From: Candidatus Omnitrophota bacterium
Lineage (GTDB): Bacteria; Omnitrophota; Gorgyraeia; VGKH01
Assembly (NCBI GenBank): GCA_043819095.1
Contig: JBDRFF010000015.1
Span: forward strand, 1 to 61,691
Direction of reading: 5' to 3'
DNA: 61,691 nt
Part shown: piece by piece, positions 1-10,367 of the stretch
Numbering within the stretch: the first letter of the stretch is position 1
Layout: each line of letters begins with the position of its first letter
Notes under the pieces: model-generated
The model's input: only the letters and a program-made list of their open reading frames with translations
The model's database searches: none
Told to the model about the DNA's origin: nothing
Made by a program: the position numbers and the translations under genes

Positions 1-187
1 CGAGCTTATCTACATTGACTTTGCCTTGTTCTAAACAGAATTTAATCGCATTATCGGGAAAGCGGAAATCGTGCTTTTTGCGGGTAAAACGCTCCTCTTG
101 GACAGCAGCAACAATCTCTCCGTCTCGAATCAGCGCAGCAGTGCTATCATGATAAAATGCCGATATTCCTAATATATTTGTCGCCAT
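1..187 (-). CDS. carbamoyltransferase (NodU/CmcH family), N-terminal fragment; the rest lies beyond the window edge
   Basis: Own translation from ATG at 187..185: MATNILGISAFYHDSTAALIRDGEIVAAVQEERFTRKKHDFRFPDNAIKF..., a typical N-terminus for this family. Confidence 0.7.
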   Translation of the reverse strand, partial: MATNILGISAFYHDSTAALIRDGEIVAAVQEERFTRKKHDFRFPDNAIKFCLEQGKVNVDKL

Positions 188-270
188 AGTTCTGTCTATT
201 ATAGCAAATAACAAAACAAAAAGGGAAGAAAAAATATTTCCTTCCCTTTAAGTTTTTTTAGATTTAGATA

Positions 271-1719
271 TTACCAGCTGTATTTAGTTTCAAGAAAAAT
301 CTGGTCGTTGTCGTCAAACTGGCCGTTTAGGTGCTGAGGCCTTCCTTCAAAAATATGAAGCCCCGCAGCTATATTCCAATTATCATTAATCTCAAAGCTC
401 ACCTTAGGACTTATACGCCAGTCGTTATCATCGGTGTAGATAACCAATACTTCCGGCTTTAACCTTTCGTGCATAAAATCAGTACCGATTTTGCAAGTCA
501 GGATTGTCTCAGTTTCATCCAATGGTCCACGCGTAGCACCAAACAAAAGAGTATACTTATCAGTATCGTATTCCTCCCTAGCATCAGAAATCAACTGAAT
601 AAACTGAAAACTGAAAAGCCAATTCGTCAGAAATGTCTTATCAAATCCTAAAGCATAATTATATTGATCGACATCAATTGGTGAATTTATTTTTTCATCA
701 GTACCAAAACTCATAGCTCCGCCTGTTACATAAGCAAATTCACCTCTTAAGGTCCAACCTTTGGCAAAATCACCGATTATACCTTTAGTTATGGATTTTG
801 AGAAAGAACCGCCGAATACTTCTATCTGTTCAGCCCGTCGAGCAACGCGAACAAGAGGAAATGCTGAGGCGTCTGCATAATAACTTGATGCAAAATCGTA
901 AGTATGTAGATAATTCAAGGTATATTCTAAACCACTGAAAGGACCTGTTTCAATAATATTGCGCCAACGTAGCCCTATCTTGGCATTTTCAAACCTTCTT
1001 GCTGGCCGCTCATCAACAGTGGTAGTATTAATAAAAGCAGGGGTAGCCGCGGCTATCTGAGCAGCAATAATGCTTGTTCTTGGCGAAAAAGGCGCTTCTG
1101 CTGGAGGATAATAATTCGGCTCATAATCTGGTATAAAAAGAAACTGCAGATGACCGTTCATCATAAGTTCACCCTCAAACTTAAGCATCCATAGAGGAAT
1201 GCGGATTTCACTATAATCCTTGAGTGTCCATTCTCTGTAATCCAGAGGATTAACCAAATCAAGGATCCTAACACCGTCTGTCGTGCCCCATACCACCTGT
1301 TGTTTTCCTAATCTAGCATCAAGCCTCGGGGTATAGATATCAAAAAAGCACTCCCTAAGCCATTGCATCTTTACAGGCATTCTTAATTTTATATTTTTCT
1401 CCTCGTGAGTCAAATCGCGATATCTATTCTCAATATCATATGCTGCATCATACCAGGTTTTGATTTCTGTATAGAATTCAAACGAGTCGTTAAATCTGTA
1501 ATTTGCCTTAAAATTGGCGATATTTTTCATTTTCTGCAATTGATCGTGCTCATCGGAAAAACCAAAAGCAGTCTCGTTTGCAAAATAGCCAGCCAATTCG
1601 AGATTCTCAAACGGAAGAATTGTATTCATAAAGTTTGCGACTGGTTCCGCATGGACTGGTTGAACTACGCCAATAACAAACAAGCATGCAACAATTCCAA
1701 AAAATAACTTCAATTTCAT
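271..1719 (-). CDS. outer-membrane beta-barrel protein (DUF1302-like), signal peptide
   Basis: Track ORF 271..1755. Start moved to MKLKLFFGIVACLFVIGVVQPVHA (ATG 1719), which has AGGAGGTG upstream. Alternating beta-strand-like sequence and aromatic C-terminus ...KYSW. Sits with LolA-like and MMPL genes. Confidence 0.5.
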   Translation of the reverse strand: MKLKLFFGIVACLFVIGVVQPVHAEPVANFMNTILPFENLELAGYFANETAFGFSDEHDQLQKMKNIANFKANYRFNDSFEFYTEIKTWYDAAYDIENRYRDLTHEEKNIKLRMPVKMQWLRECFFDIYTPRLDARLGKQQVVWGTTDGVRILDLVNPLDYREWTLKDYSEIRIPLWMLKFEGELMMNGHLQFLFIPDYEPNYYPPAEAPFSPRTSIIAAQIAAATPAFINTTTVDERPARRFENAKIGLRWRNIIETGPFSGLEYTLNYLHTYDFASSYYADASAFPLVRVARRAEQIEVFGGSFSKSITKGIIGDFAKGWTLRGEFAYVTGGAMSFGTDEKINSPIDVDQYNYALGFDKTFLTNWLFSFQFIQLISDAREEYDTDKYTLLFGATRGPLDETETILTCKIGTDFMHERLKPEVLVIYTDDNDWRISPKVSFEINDNWNIAAGLHIFEGRPQHLNGQFDDNDQIFLETKYSW

Positions 1720-1748
1720 TATATTTTCACCTCCTAAATCTTTCATTA

Positions 1749-2636
1749 TTACCATTTAGATCTTTCTAGCGTTCTTACTGTAAAGTTTCGCTCAGTTAAA
1801 CCTACATCGTATTCTTCGCCAGAATTGACTACTACCGAACGATGTCCAGTTCTTAAGTCTTTACACTCCAAAGCAGCCTGACGAGGGTATCTTTTGCTCT
1901 CTGGCATATAAAAGGTCCACTCTCTAAAAAGAGTCTTAAAGAGTTTTCCATTTTTGTCGTAGTATTCATCTAGGATGTTTCCACCGGTTTCCATATCTAC
2001 CCAGACGATTCTTTTGGAATAATACCAGTGAGGTTTATTCGGTGTTGCCTCGATCACAAAGCAATTTGCACCTTTGAATTTCAGCTCTCCTGTGTGTTCA
2101 AGAGTATAGCCCGAGAATTTCTTCTCGCCGATTAACTTATACGTCTCATCTTCGAAACGACGGGTAGAAACTTCCTCAACTGTGAAATCGCTTCCCATAA
2201 AAGCATCGTCAGATTCGGACGCAGATACCTTTCTTACCTTCTTTAAAGACGGCAGCCAAAGCCAAGTATCCTGATCTCTTCCAGCTTCCTCGTAGGTCCA
2301 AGTTAAAACAGCCAGACCTTTTGCCGAAGTAGGCTGCGTAACTAAAACGATATCTTTATAAGAAACACCGTCTTTACCTGCTAATACGATTCTTTCTCTT
2401 ATTGCGTCTTTTATCCTCGTGAAACCTGTCTTGTCCACATAATAAATTCTTGCAAGCGGTAACTTATAATCTTGCGCAAACAAAGAGTATTTGTTGTGAT
2501 ATACGATTTGCATGATCTCATCAGCGCTCATGCCTTTCTTAATAGGATAGAGCTTGCCATACTCTAACTGCTGTGCCTGTGCAGAAACTATCGATGCGAA
2601 AAACAAAACTGCTAATATTGCAAACAACTTCTTCAT
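1749..2636 (-). CDS. LolA-like outer membrane lipoprotein-sorting protein
   Basis: Signal peptide MKKLFAILAVLFFASIVSA. Motif WLWLPSLKKVRKVSASESDDAFMGSDFTVEEV is characteristic of the LolA_like family found next to MMPL/RND exporters. Confidence 0.65.
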   Translation of the reverse strand: MKKLFAILAVLFFASIVSAQAQQLEYGKLYPIKKGMSADEIMQIVYHNKYSLFAQDYKLPLARIYYVDKTGFTRIKDAIRERIVLAGKDGVSYKDIVLVTQPTSAKGLAVLTWTYEEAGRDQDTWLWLPSLKKVRKVSASESDDAFMGSDFTVEEVSTRRFEDETYKLIGEKKFSGYTLEHTGELKFKGANCFVIEATPNKPHWYYSKRIVWVDMETGGNILDEYYDKNGKLFKTLFREWTFYMPESKRYPRQAALECKDLRTGHRSVVVNSGEEYDVGLTERNFTVRTLERSKW

Positions 2637-2740
2637 ACAAAAACACCTCCTTTTTACTTTTTTAGTTAAAATTAAACTTCTCCAAACGAAAAATCATATC
2701 TTATTTTAATAACCGCTCCTAAAATAAAACACCCCCTTTC

Positions 2741-5095
2741 CTATCTACGTTTTTTCCTCGCTAATCTTGTCCTTACTTTTCCGAATAAAAATCTTGGTTT
2801 AATCCACCAGACAAAAACGGGCAGCATTATTAAAGACGTAATCATATTTAACAAAAGCGATGCGCAGAGATTAAGCCCTAATTTTACCTGAAGCAAGATT
2901 GAGGAAAATGCCCAGGCAGAAATTCCTAAAGAAACAATAAATCCACTGAAAAATACAGCCTTACCGCTGGTAATAAGCGTATGGTAAAGAATATTTTTAT
3001 ATGTCTTTTTCTTTTCTCTCATTTCCTCATAAAGACGGGCCAGAATATAAATTCCGTAGTTGACTCCCAAGCCGCCGCTTAAAGCTAAAAGCGGTAGTGT
3101 CTCAACCGTAAACGATGTCCCGAAGAATCCAAAACAAGCAAAAACAATTACATTGCTAATAAGAAGAGGCAAAAGTAATAAACCGCCGGCAACAGGCGAG
3201 CGATACACAAGGCTCACATACAAAAATATCAGAAACGAAATAAGCAAAATGCTGGGAAAGATTGTCTTTTTAATGATATCGTTTGTGGCAAACAAAATTC
3301 CGATGTCACCTCCAGCAAAAGAAAATTTTACATCTTTGCCTTTATAATCTTTCAGATACGCTCTGGTTTTACTAACGATAGAATTTACCGTATCCGATTT
3401 ATGATCCTTTAAATCAAATTTTATATTCGCAATTCTCTCATCTTTACTGATTACATGGTCAAAATCGGAAGGGAATCCTGAATAGGTATAAAGAAACCAA
3501 TATTCGGATATTGTTTTTTGCTTTTCTGGAATATAGAAATTTTCTTGTTTACCGTCGAGCATAAACATATTTAATGCCTTAAAGGCGTTGACCAATGAAT
3601 CGGCACCACCTGACTGCGGGGTTTCTTTTAATAAATAAAGCTGAAGATTATCTATGGCTTTCAACTTTTTAGGATTTAGTAGCGACTCTTCAGATTCTAC
3701 TAAAATATAATAAGAATTTGTTCCGCCAAAATTAGTATTTATAAAACGCTCTGACTTATTATAAGGGCTGTTATCGTAAAGGTAGCTGGAACCATCGCTA
3801 TTATCGCCTATAACAATATTTTTAATCCCAAAAATAGAAATTAATAAAATTGCAATAAAAATACAGACTACTATTGTACCTGCTTTTTTATTTAGGGAGA
3901 AAACGCTCAATTTTTTAAGGAAGTTATCAACCCACTTGTGGCGTTCTTCTTTTTCTATCTCTAGAATCTTTGGTCGATGCATAAAAGAAAGAATCGCCGG
4001 CGTGAACATGAAAGAAGTAATGAAATTGGCTAAGATTCCCAGTCCTGATGCGCAAGCCATGCTTCTTATGGTTGGAAGCGGGACTATCGTCAAAGACAAA
4101 AATCCAAAACCGTCGGTTAAAACACAAGCCAAACCAGGTATAAATAAATGCGCCATAGTGTTGACAACCGCGTGCTTGCTTTTCATCTTTGGTGTCTTCA
4201 TCTCTTCGTAGTATCTGTTAAGCGTATGGACCGAGTGACTTATTCCTAAAGATAATACGATAAAAGGCACTAAGATCGTCGATGGATCAAGCCTTAAGCC
4301 CAGCAGCTTCATAGTTCCCATTCCCCAGAGCGTCGCCATTGAAGAATCTATCAAAGGAAGGATCACTCCTCGTTTAGAACGGAAGGTAAGGTATAAAACT
4401 ATAGAAATTATAACAAAACTAATGACGAGGATTCTAAGCATCTTAGGAAGATACGCATTAAGCCACCCTTCTAATATTGGCCTGCCAGCAATATAAACGG
4501 TCGTATTGTCATCTTCATATTTTTCTTTCAATTTGTTTAATTCATCAAATATAAAAGAGGTTTTTACCTTAGACTCAAAATCAACCTGTATAAGCGTACT
4601 CTTAAGATCCTTGGATACCTTTTTTATGTAGACATTGGGGTTGTATAAAACTTTGTTTTTGAATTTTTGCATCTCTTCGGGCGTAGTAGGCGGCAATCTT
4701 AAAAGTCTTTCCACAAAAAAGCCCTCTTCGTTAGCAATGACGTGTTTTACGTGGCGAGAAGCAATGGAATTGACGCGGGAAATGTTGATGCCTTCTAAAA
4801 CGTAGATATCTTCGGTCAAAGAGATGACTTTCTCTAAGAATTCTTCGGTGAAGATATCTCCTTCTTTTACCTTTATAGCGATAGAGACTTGATTGAGCCC
4901 ACCAAAGATATCGGTGAGCCTGTTTTGGACCTTTACGAAAGGGTGTTTCTGCGGTAAGAAATCTTGCAGGCGAGTCTCCACCTTTATATCCTTTAGCACG
5001 CTGATAAAAAAAGCAGAAGCTGCAATGCAAATAATGATTACATATACTCTTAGGTGGATAATTTTTCTAGCTAGACGATATTTAAAATCGCTCAT
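2741..5095 (-). CDS. MMPL/RND-superfamily exporter (HpnN-like)
   Basis: 784 aa with two blocks of about 6 TM helices separated by large soluble loops. Operon context with the LolA-like protein. Confidence 0.7.
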   Translation of the reverse strand: MSDFKYRLARKIIHLRVYVIIICIAASAFFISVLKDIKVETRLQDFLPQKHPFVKVQNRLTDIFGGLNQVSIAIKVKEGDIFTEEFLEKVISLTEDIYVLEGINISRVNSIASRHVKHVIANEEGFFVERLLRLPPTTPEEMQKFKNKVLYNPNVYIKKVSKDLKSTLIQVDFESKVKTSFIFDELNKLKEKYEDDNTTVYIAGRPILEGWLNAYLPKMLRILVISFVIISIVLYLTFRSKRGVILPLIDSSMATLWGMGTMKLLGLRLDPSTILVPFIVLSLGISHSVHTLNRYYEEMKTPKMKSKHAVVNTMAHLFIPGLACVLTDGFGFLSLTIVPLPTIRSMACASGLGILANFITSFMFTPAILSFMHRPKILEIEKEERHKWVDNFLKKLSVFSLNKKAGTIVVCIFIAILLISIFGIKNIVIGDNSDGSSYLYDNSPYNKSERFINTNFGGTNSYYILVESEESLLNPKKLKAIDNLQLYLLKETPQSGGADSLVNAFKALNMFMLDGKQENFYIPEKQKTISEYWFLYTYSGFPSDFDHVISKDERIANIKFDLKDHKSDTVNSIVSKTRAYLKDYKGKDVKFSFAGGDIGILFATNDIIKKTIFPSILLISFLIFLYVSLVYRSPVAGGLLLLPLLISNVIVFACFGFFGTSFTVETLPLLALSGGLGVNYGIYILARLYEEMREKKKTYKNILYHTLITSGKAVFFSGFIVSLGISAWAFSSILLQVKLGLNLCASLLLNMITSLIMLPVFVWWIKPRFLFGKVRTRLARKKRR

Positions 5096-5138
5096 GAGGC
5101 AAATAAAAATGCTTTGTTTATGCTAATTTTCGGGAGTG

Positions 5139-6659
5139 TTAAGCGTTAACTCTTTCTTTAGATTTATTTTTTAGAATTTCTTTATCGATTTTTCCAGTCC
5201 TTGTCTTAGGTAAGGAATCTCGGAACTCATAATAATGAGGGATCTTAAAATGTGCCAGATGTTCCTTTGCAAAATATCGAATTTCCTCTTCGGTTGCTGT
5301 TTCATTTTCCTTTAAAACTATAAATGCTTTAGGAACTTCTCCTCTTAATTTATCGGCAACGCCGATTACGGCTATCTCTGCGATCTTAGGATGTTTATGT
5401 ATTGAGGCCTCGACCTCCGGAGAATAAACTAATTGGCCTCCCACCTTGATCATCTCTTTTTTTCTGCCGACGATATACACGAATCCTTGTTCATCTATCC
5501 TTGCTAAGTCACCAGTATGAAGCCAGCCATTACGAATAACCTGTGCGGTAGCCTCGGGATCCTTGTAATAACCTAGCATTACTATCCAGCTCTTTATAGC
5601 CAATTCACCCACGCTGCCGACGGGAAGCTCATTATTATCCTCATCGACAATTTTAACAGCAACCCAAGGCATAGGTTTACCAATACTGGCTAGATTATCC
5701 GAATCAAGAGGCAGAACAATTGTAGGCCCCATAGTCTCTGTCATGCCCCAGCCGTTTAGAAAGTGAGCATTAGGACAGACTTTATGAAATCTCTTTAATA
5801 CAGCGGGAGAACTGGGCGCGCCGAATACAACTACCCAACGCAGGCTGGTCAAATCAAATTTATCAAATTCCTTCAGCTGCAGAATTGCATAATACATCGG
5901 CGGTACAAGCCAAAAACAGGTTAATTTATATTTCTGAATATTTTTCAAGAACTCTAAAGGGATGAATCTTTCCATCATAACTGTAGTGATTCCGTAACAA
6001 ACACAATCCTGTACAAATACAAAACCGCCATCGTGAGATAGAGGAAGGCAGCAGATTGTGCTATCTTTATCCGTTAGTTTTACAGATCCCTTCATTGCCA
6101 TTGGCGCAGCATCTAAATTCCGATAACTTTTCAAGACACCTTTGGGCCTTCCTGTCGAGCCAGAGGTATACATAATCATGGCGTAATCGTCGTCTTTTAT
6201 TTCTGTGCCGGGATCAATGGGCTCACCATTATCAATCAATTCCTCGAAGTTAAGAAAGCCCTGTTTTTTCTCTTCGCATAAAACTATCTTCTCAAGACTC
6301 TTGACTTTACTTTTAAGTTCTTCAAACGACAAGCCTTCTTTTGAACGAGCAATTAATAGCTTGGTTTCGGAATGACTGAGGCAAGAAACCAACTCATCCA
6401 TCGTCAACATATAATCTAAAGGCACGACCGTTACGCCTAAAGAGAAAAGTGCCATGTAGCTAATTACGTATTCCGGCCATATTGGCAGGTATATTGCAAT
6501 CCTGTCGCCTTTTTTTACGCCTATTTTTTTTAGACTATTAGCAAGCTTAAAAGAATCGTCTTTTAACCGGGCGAAGGTGATGGGTTTGTCTTTGAAAATA
6601 AGGGCAGGCTTATTGGGAAATTTCTCTGCAGTACTAGTCAAAACTTTTGCGAAATCCAT
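5139..6659 (-). CDS. AMP-dependent acyl-CoA synthetase/ligase
   Basis: AMP-binding signature MYTSGSTGRPKGV. Also GWLHTGDLA and C-terminal ...PKTRTGKIDK. Confidence 0.85.
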   Translation of the reverse strand: MDFAKVLTSTAEKFPNKPALIFKDKPITFARLKDDSFKLANSLKKIGVKKGDRIAIYLPIWPEYVISYMALFSLGVTVVPLDYMLTMDELVSCLSHSETKLLIARSKEGLSFEELKSKVKSLEKIVLCEEKKQGFLNFEELIDNGEPIDPGTEIKDDDYAMIMYTSGSTGRPKGVLKSYRNLDAAPMAMKGSVKLTDKDSTICCLPLSHDGGFVFVQDCVCYGITTVMMERFIPLEFLKNIQKYKLTCFWLVPPMYYAILQLKEFDKFDLTSLRWVVVFGAPSSPAVLKRFHKVCPNAHFLNGWGMTETMGPTIVLPLDSDNLASIGKPMPWVAVKIVDEDNNELPVGSVGELAIKSWIVMLGYYKDPEATAQVIRNGWLHTGDLARIDEQGFVYIVGRKKEMIKVGGQLVYSPEVEASIHKHPKIAEIAVIGVADKLRGEVPKAFIVLKENETATEEEIRYFAKEHLAHFKIPHYYEFRDSLPKTRTGKIDKEILKNKSKERVNA

Positions 6660-6702
6660 TATTGAACTCCCGAATATAGTAAAATTTTACTATTTGAACT
6701 TT

Positions 6703-6730
6703 ATTATAAACACAAAAATTGGCTTGTCAA
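6703..6730 (-). promoter_or_regulatory. sigma70-like promoter for the acyl-CoA synthetase gene
   Basis: Minus strand reads TTGACA (6730..6725), a 16-nt spacer, then TATAAT (6708..6703), about 45 nt upstream of the ATG at 6659. Confidence 0.45.
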
Positions 6731-6799
6731 GTAAATTTTAGCAGGGATAAAACTTCTTGATTTTATGTAAGTTATGATATTTTGAGGCGTATTTTCTGA

Positions 6800-7324
6800 C
6801 TAATACTTAATGGAGCCTGAAAGGCGGGTGAGAAATTTAATCTCAGTTCTGATTAAATCTAGATTATGCTGGATTATGGCTAAATGGTGGGTATTAAGTT
6901 TCTTTTGCGGCGAGTCGATCATCTTTTTCATATTTTTCTCTATCCTTTGCAGAATCCTCTCTCTCAAATTCAGACTTCGCTTAATCTGTTTAGGCTTTAT
7001 ATAAGGTAGGAAGAGAAGCGCTACGTCGATATCGAAAGTGGGCCGATGGATAGATAAAAAACTCTTATCCAATAATCGCTGAAATTCTTTTTCTCCTTCA
7101 GGAGTCAGCTTATAAACGTATTTTTCCGGCCGCTTACCAGAACGTCCCGTGCTTTTGGCTAAAAGGCCGTCTTTTTCCATCATTCTTAATGGATAATAAA
7201 TCGATTTATTATCCCAAGAAGCAAAGATGTTTCTTATCTTATTGATCTCGTTCTTTATCTTATATCCGTGCTTGGGGCCTTCTTTTAACAAACCTAAAAT
7301 GACTAATTTCTGAATCGATTCCAT
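6800..7324 (-). CDS. PadR-family transcriptional regulator
   Basis: N-terminal winged helix LVILGLLKEGPKHGYKIKNEI...YYPLRMMEKDGLL. Confidence 0.75.
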   Translation of the reverse strand: MESIQKLVILGLLKEGPKHGYKIKNEINKIRNIFASWDNKSIYYPLRMMEKDGLLAKSTGRSGKRPEKYVYKLTPEGEKEFQRLLDKSFLSIHRPTFDIDVALLFLPYIKPKQIKRSLNLRERILQRIEKNMKKMIDSPQKKLNTHHLAIIQHNLDLIRTEIKFLTRLSGSIKY

Positions 7325-8275
7325 CTATTCCTCGGTTATCCCAATATTACGGAATTTCTCGTAACGCAACTTAAGAAGCCGTTCTCTGGGAATCTGCAAT
7401 AGCTCTGCCAAATTTCTTTCTAAGACCTCTTTAATGTTCTTTGCGGCCTTTTCCGGATCCTTGTGAGCACCGCCAGAAGGTTCCGGGATTATTTCATCAA
7501 TTATGCCAAGATTCAATAAATCTTTTGCCGTCAACTTTAAAGTTTCGGCGGCCTCGGGTGCCTTTGCACTGTTTCTCCAAAGAATCGAGGCGCAACCCTC
7601 AGGAGAAATCACCGAATAATAGGCGTTTTCCAATAAGCACACTTTATCTCCTACGCCTAATCCTATCGCTCCGCCGCTTCCGCCTTCTCCGATTACAATC
7701 GCGATAATCGGAACAGTCATATCAATCATCTTCTCTAAATTGGTGGCGATTGCCTGCGCCTGACCCCTTTCTTCAGCATCGACTCCGGGATAAGCCCCGG
7801 GCGTATCGATTAAGGTGACAATCGGCAGATTGAATTTCTCGGCCAGCTGCATAAGTCTTAGCGACTTGCGATATCCTTCTGGATGGGCACAGCCAAAATT
7901 GCGTTTTAAATTTTCCTTTGTGTCTCTTCCTTTTTGATGACCCATAACCATAATTTTTTTTCCGTCAAATTCTGCTAAACCTCCGATGATTGCTTGATCG
8001 TCGGCAAAAAGCCGGTCTCCATGCAGCTCGATAAAATCCGTCATTAACATATTGATATAATCTTGTGTATAGGGCCTTGCAGGGTGTCTTGCAATCTGGA
8101 CTCTCTGCCAGGCAGTAAGATTATCGTAAGTCTTCTTTTTTAATCTCGCCAGTTTTGTTTCTAATTTTTTAATCTCGGACTTTAAATCTATCTTTTTATC
8201 CGAAGTAAAAGACTTTAACTCCTCAATTTTTCTTTCTAATTCAGTTATTGGTTTTTCAAAATCTAAACCGTTCAT
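7325..8275 (-). CDS. accA: acetyl-CoA carboxylase carboxyltransferase alpha subunit
   Basis: 316 aa. ARHPARPYT, GHQKGRDTKENLKRNFG and GEGGSGGAIGLGVGD motifs. Confidence 0.9.
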   Translation of the reverse strand: MNGLDFEKPITELERKIEELKSFTSDKKIDLKSEIKKLETKLARLKKKTYDNLTAWQRVQIARHPARPYTQDYINMLMTDFIELHGDRLFADDQAIIGGLAEFDGKKIMVMGHQKGRDTKENLKRNFGCAHPEGYRKSLRLMQLAEKFNLPIVTLIDTPGAYPGVDAEERGQAQAIATNLEKMIDMTVPIIAIVIGEGGSGGAIGLGVGDKVCLLENAYYSVISPEGCASILWRNSAKAPEAAETLKLTAKDLLNLGIIDEIIPEPSGGAHKDPEKAAKNIKEVLERNLAELLQIPRERLLKLRYEKFRNIGITEE

Positions 8276-8293
8276 AATAATTCAATAATTAAA

Positions 8294-9109
8294 TTAATCG
8301 ATTATGGTCACTTCCGTGCCAATGGGCAAGATTGAATATAATTCTTCAACATCTTTATTGAGCATGCGAACGCAGCCTTGGGTGATTTGCTGTCCAATTG
8401 TTTCGGGTTCGGTTGTTCCGTGAATACCGTAATCCTCTAATTGATCAAATCCCATCCAACGCGTACCTAAGATATTTTCGGGGCTTTCGGGGGGAATCAT
8501 TCTGCCATCTTTATGCCAGACAGGATTGATTAACTTGTTTCTTATTCTGTATTTTCCGACGGGTGTATGATTATTTGCTCCAGTTGATACCCTATAAACC
8601 TTTATCAGCTCACCATCTAAGGTCAGAGTCAGTATATTCTGCGATTTATCGACGACACAAGAAAATTCTCCAGTCCAGATTCTCAAGCGCTTGCCGAGCT
8701 TAATCACATCGGATAAAAGATTATTCGAACGCTTGATAAGTTCAACGGTGGTATTAAATTTCTTGGCGATTTTTGATAACGTATCGCCCGTTTTAACCTC
8801 ATACATTGTCGTCTGAGGCGTGACCAAAGAAGAGAAAATAATTCTCATGCTTAAATCCTGTAGTCTTATTTCAACCTCGGAGATATCTTTAGAGTCCGGA
8901 AATTTTTCTACTATTTCTTGGTAAGCGTCTTTAGCCTTAAGGAGTTCTCCGTCTTTTAATAAGGTATTGGCTTGACTGTAAAGCGTGGTTGCGGACACAA
9001 TATCCGTTTCTGTTACAGAAGAAGGTCCTTTTTTAAGCAAAGACACAAAGGCGAAAATCAATACAATCAATATTACGCTCGAGATTAAAATAATTTTTAA
9101 ATTTTTCAT
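8294..9109 (-). CDS. LysM + L,D-transpeptidase (YkuD) domain protein
   Basis: LysM: YEVKTGDTLSKIAKKFNTTVELIKRSNNL. YkuD catalytic region: YGIHGT...GCVRMLNKD. Confidence 0.8.
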   Translation of the reverse strand: MKNLKIILISSVILIVLIFAFVSLLKKGPSSVTETDIVSATTLYSQANTLLKDGELLKAKDAYQEIVEKFPDSKDISEVEIRLQDLSMRIIFSSLVTPQTTMYEVKTGDTLSKIAKKFNTTVELIKRSNNLLSDVIKLGKRLRIWTGEFSCVVDKSQNILTLTLDGELIKVYRVSTGANNHTPVGKYRIRNKLINPVWHKDGRMIPPESPENILGTRWMGFDQLEDYGIHGTTEPETIGQQITQGCVRMLNKDVEELYSILPIGTEVTIID

Positions 9110-9121
9110 ATTAAAACTCTC

Positions 9122-9568
9122 TTATTGAAAGGCCAATGCTACGAACAACCCTACTATCGCTCCAGTTATGACTTCGATCGGCGTATGTCCGATTAGTTCT
9201 TTCAAGCGGTTCTCCCCGACTTTTCTACCCCGATATAAATCATCCACAATCTTATTAAGAATCTCTGCCTGGTCTCCGGTAGCACGCCTGACACCCTGGG
9301 CATCAAACATCGTAACAAAAGCAAAAACTACTGCTATAGCAAATATGGGAGAATCAAATCCGACATTTAAGCCGCTTGTCATTGCTAGAGCAGTAACTCC
9401 GGAAGCATGAGCTGATGGCATGCCGCCTGTTCCGATAAACCAACGGAAGTCAAATCTCTTCTCTCTGATAACGCCCAACAACACCTTAATTGTCTGAGCG
9501 ATTAACCAGCCGAAAAAGGTAACTACGAGAATCTTATTCTGTAATAAAGAATCAAAAAATGAATTCAT
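9122..9568 (-). CDS. divergent PAP2 family membrane protein (DUF212)
   Basis: 148 aa, multi-TM. GGMPSAHASGVTAL and FDAQGVRR motifs are typical of the family. Confidence 0.7.
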   Translation of the reverse strand: MNSFFDSLLQNKILVVTFFGWLIAQTIKVLLGVIREKRFDFRWFIGTGGMPSAHASGVTALAMTSGLNVGFDSPIFAIAVVFAFVTMFDAQGVRRATGDQAEILNKIVDDLYRGRKVGENRLKELIGHTPIEVITGAIVGLFVALAFQ

Positions 9569-10167
9569 TATTTTTCAAAAACCGGAATCACTTCGATTTT
9601 AACTTTTCGAAAAGAGGTGGGTTTTCCTTCCCATATCAAATAACCCCTGTTGCCTTCGTCCAGATCTCTCTTATCCTTGGCTTTTATAAGCTCTATTCGA
9701 GCCTCATGAAACTTTTTCTTAAATTCACTGTATGCCTTTTTTAATTCCTTCAATGAGCTAAATCGTAATTTTAAGGTATCTTTTGCTTGCTCTAATTGAC
9801 CGATTTCCTGTTTTAAGTCAGCATATTCTTTATTTAAATTTTCGAAATTAAGCTTAGCAGCATCTAATTGTCCCTTTATAGCTTCTAATTCAGCGTTATT
9901 TTCTTCTAATTGAACCTCTGTGTCTTTAAATCTACTCTCCAATGCCTGTCTTTCCATTGATAATTCTAAATATTCCTCTTTTTTATTGGCTAAAATTTCT
10001 TCTAGGTTCTTTTTTATGTCTTCTAATTCGATAACCCTATCACTGATGTCTCTTAATTTCTGTTCCTGGCTATAGTTGATCTTAAGTAGATAAGAATATC
10101 TAAAGAAAGAAAAGACAGCAAAGGCAGCAATCAAAATGATAAAAAGGGTAGTGAAGAACTTCTTCAT
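9568..10167 (-). CDS. membrane-anchored coiled-coil protein, function unknown
   Basis: N-terminal TM (FTTLFIILIAAFAVFSFF) followed by a heptad-rich E/K/L sequence. Confidence 0.5.
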   Translation of the reverse strand: MKKFFTTLFIILIAAFAVFSFFRYSYLLKINYSQEQKLRDISDRVIELEDIKKNLEEILANKKEEYLELSMERQALESRFKDTEVQLEENNAELEAIKGQLDAAKLNFENLNKEYADLKQEIGQLEQAKDTLKLRFSSLKELKKAYSEFKKKFHEARIELIKAKDKRDLDEGNRGYLIWEGKPTSFRKVKIEVIPVFEK

Positions 10168-10367
10168 TATTAACCTAGCTCCTTATTTTGGCTTGACGCC
10201 GAATAATAATTGTGGTAAGGTAAGATACATTATAATACAGGTTAAGAAAAAAGCAAGTTCTTTTGTTTTCTGCCTGTTTAAATGGTCGTCAAATCGCCTC
10301 TTCAGGATTGTTGGATTAAGATAATCCGTTTGTCCAGCCTATTAAGTCAAAATAGCATAATTTAATA

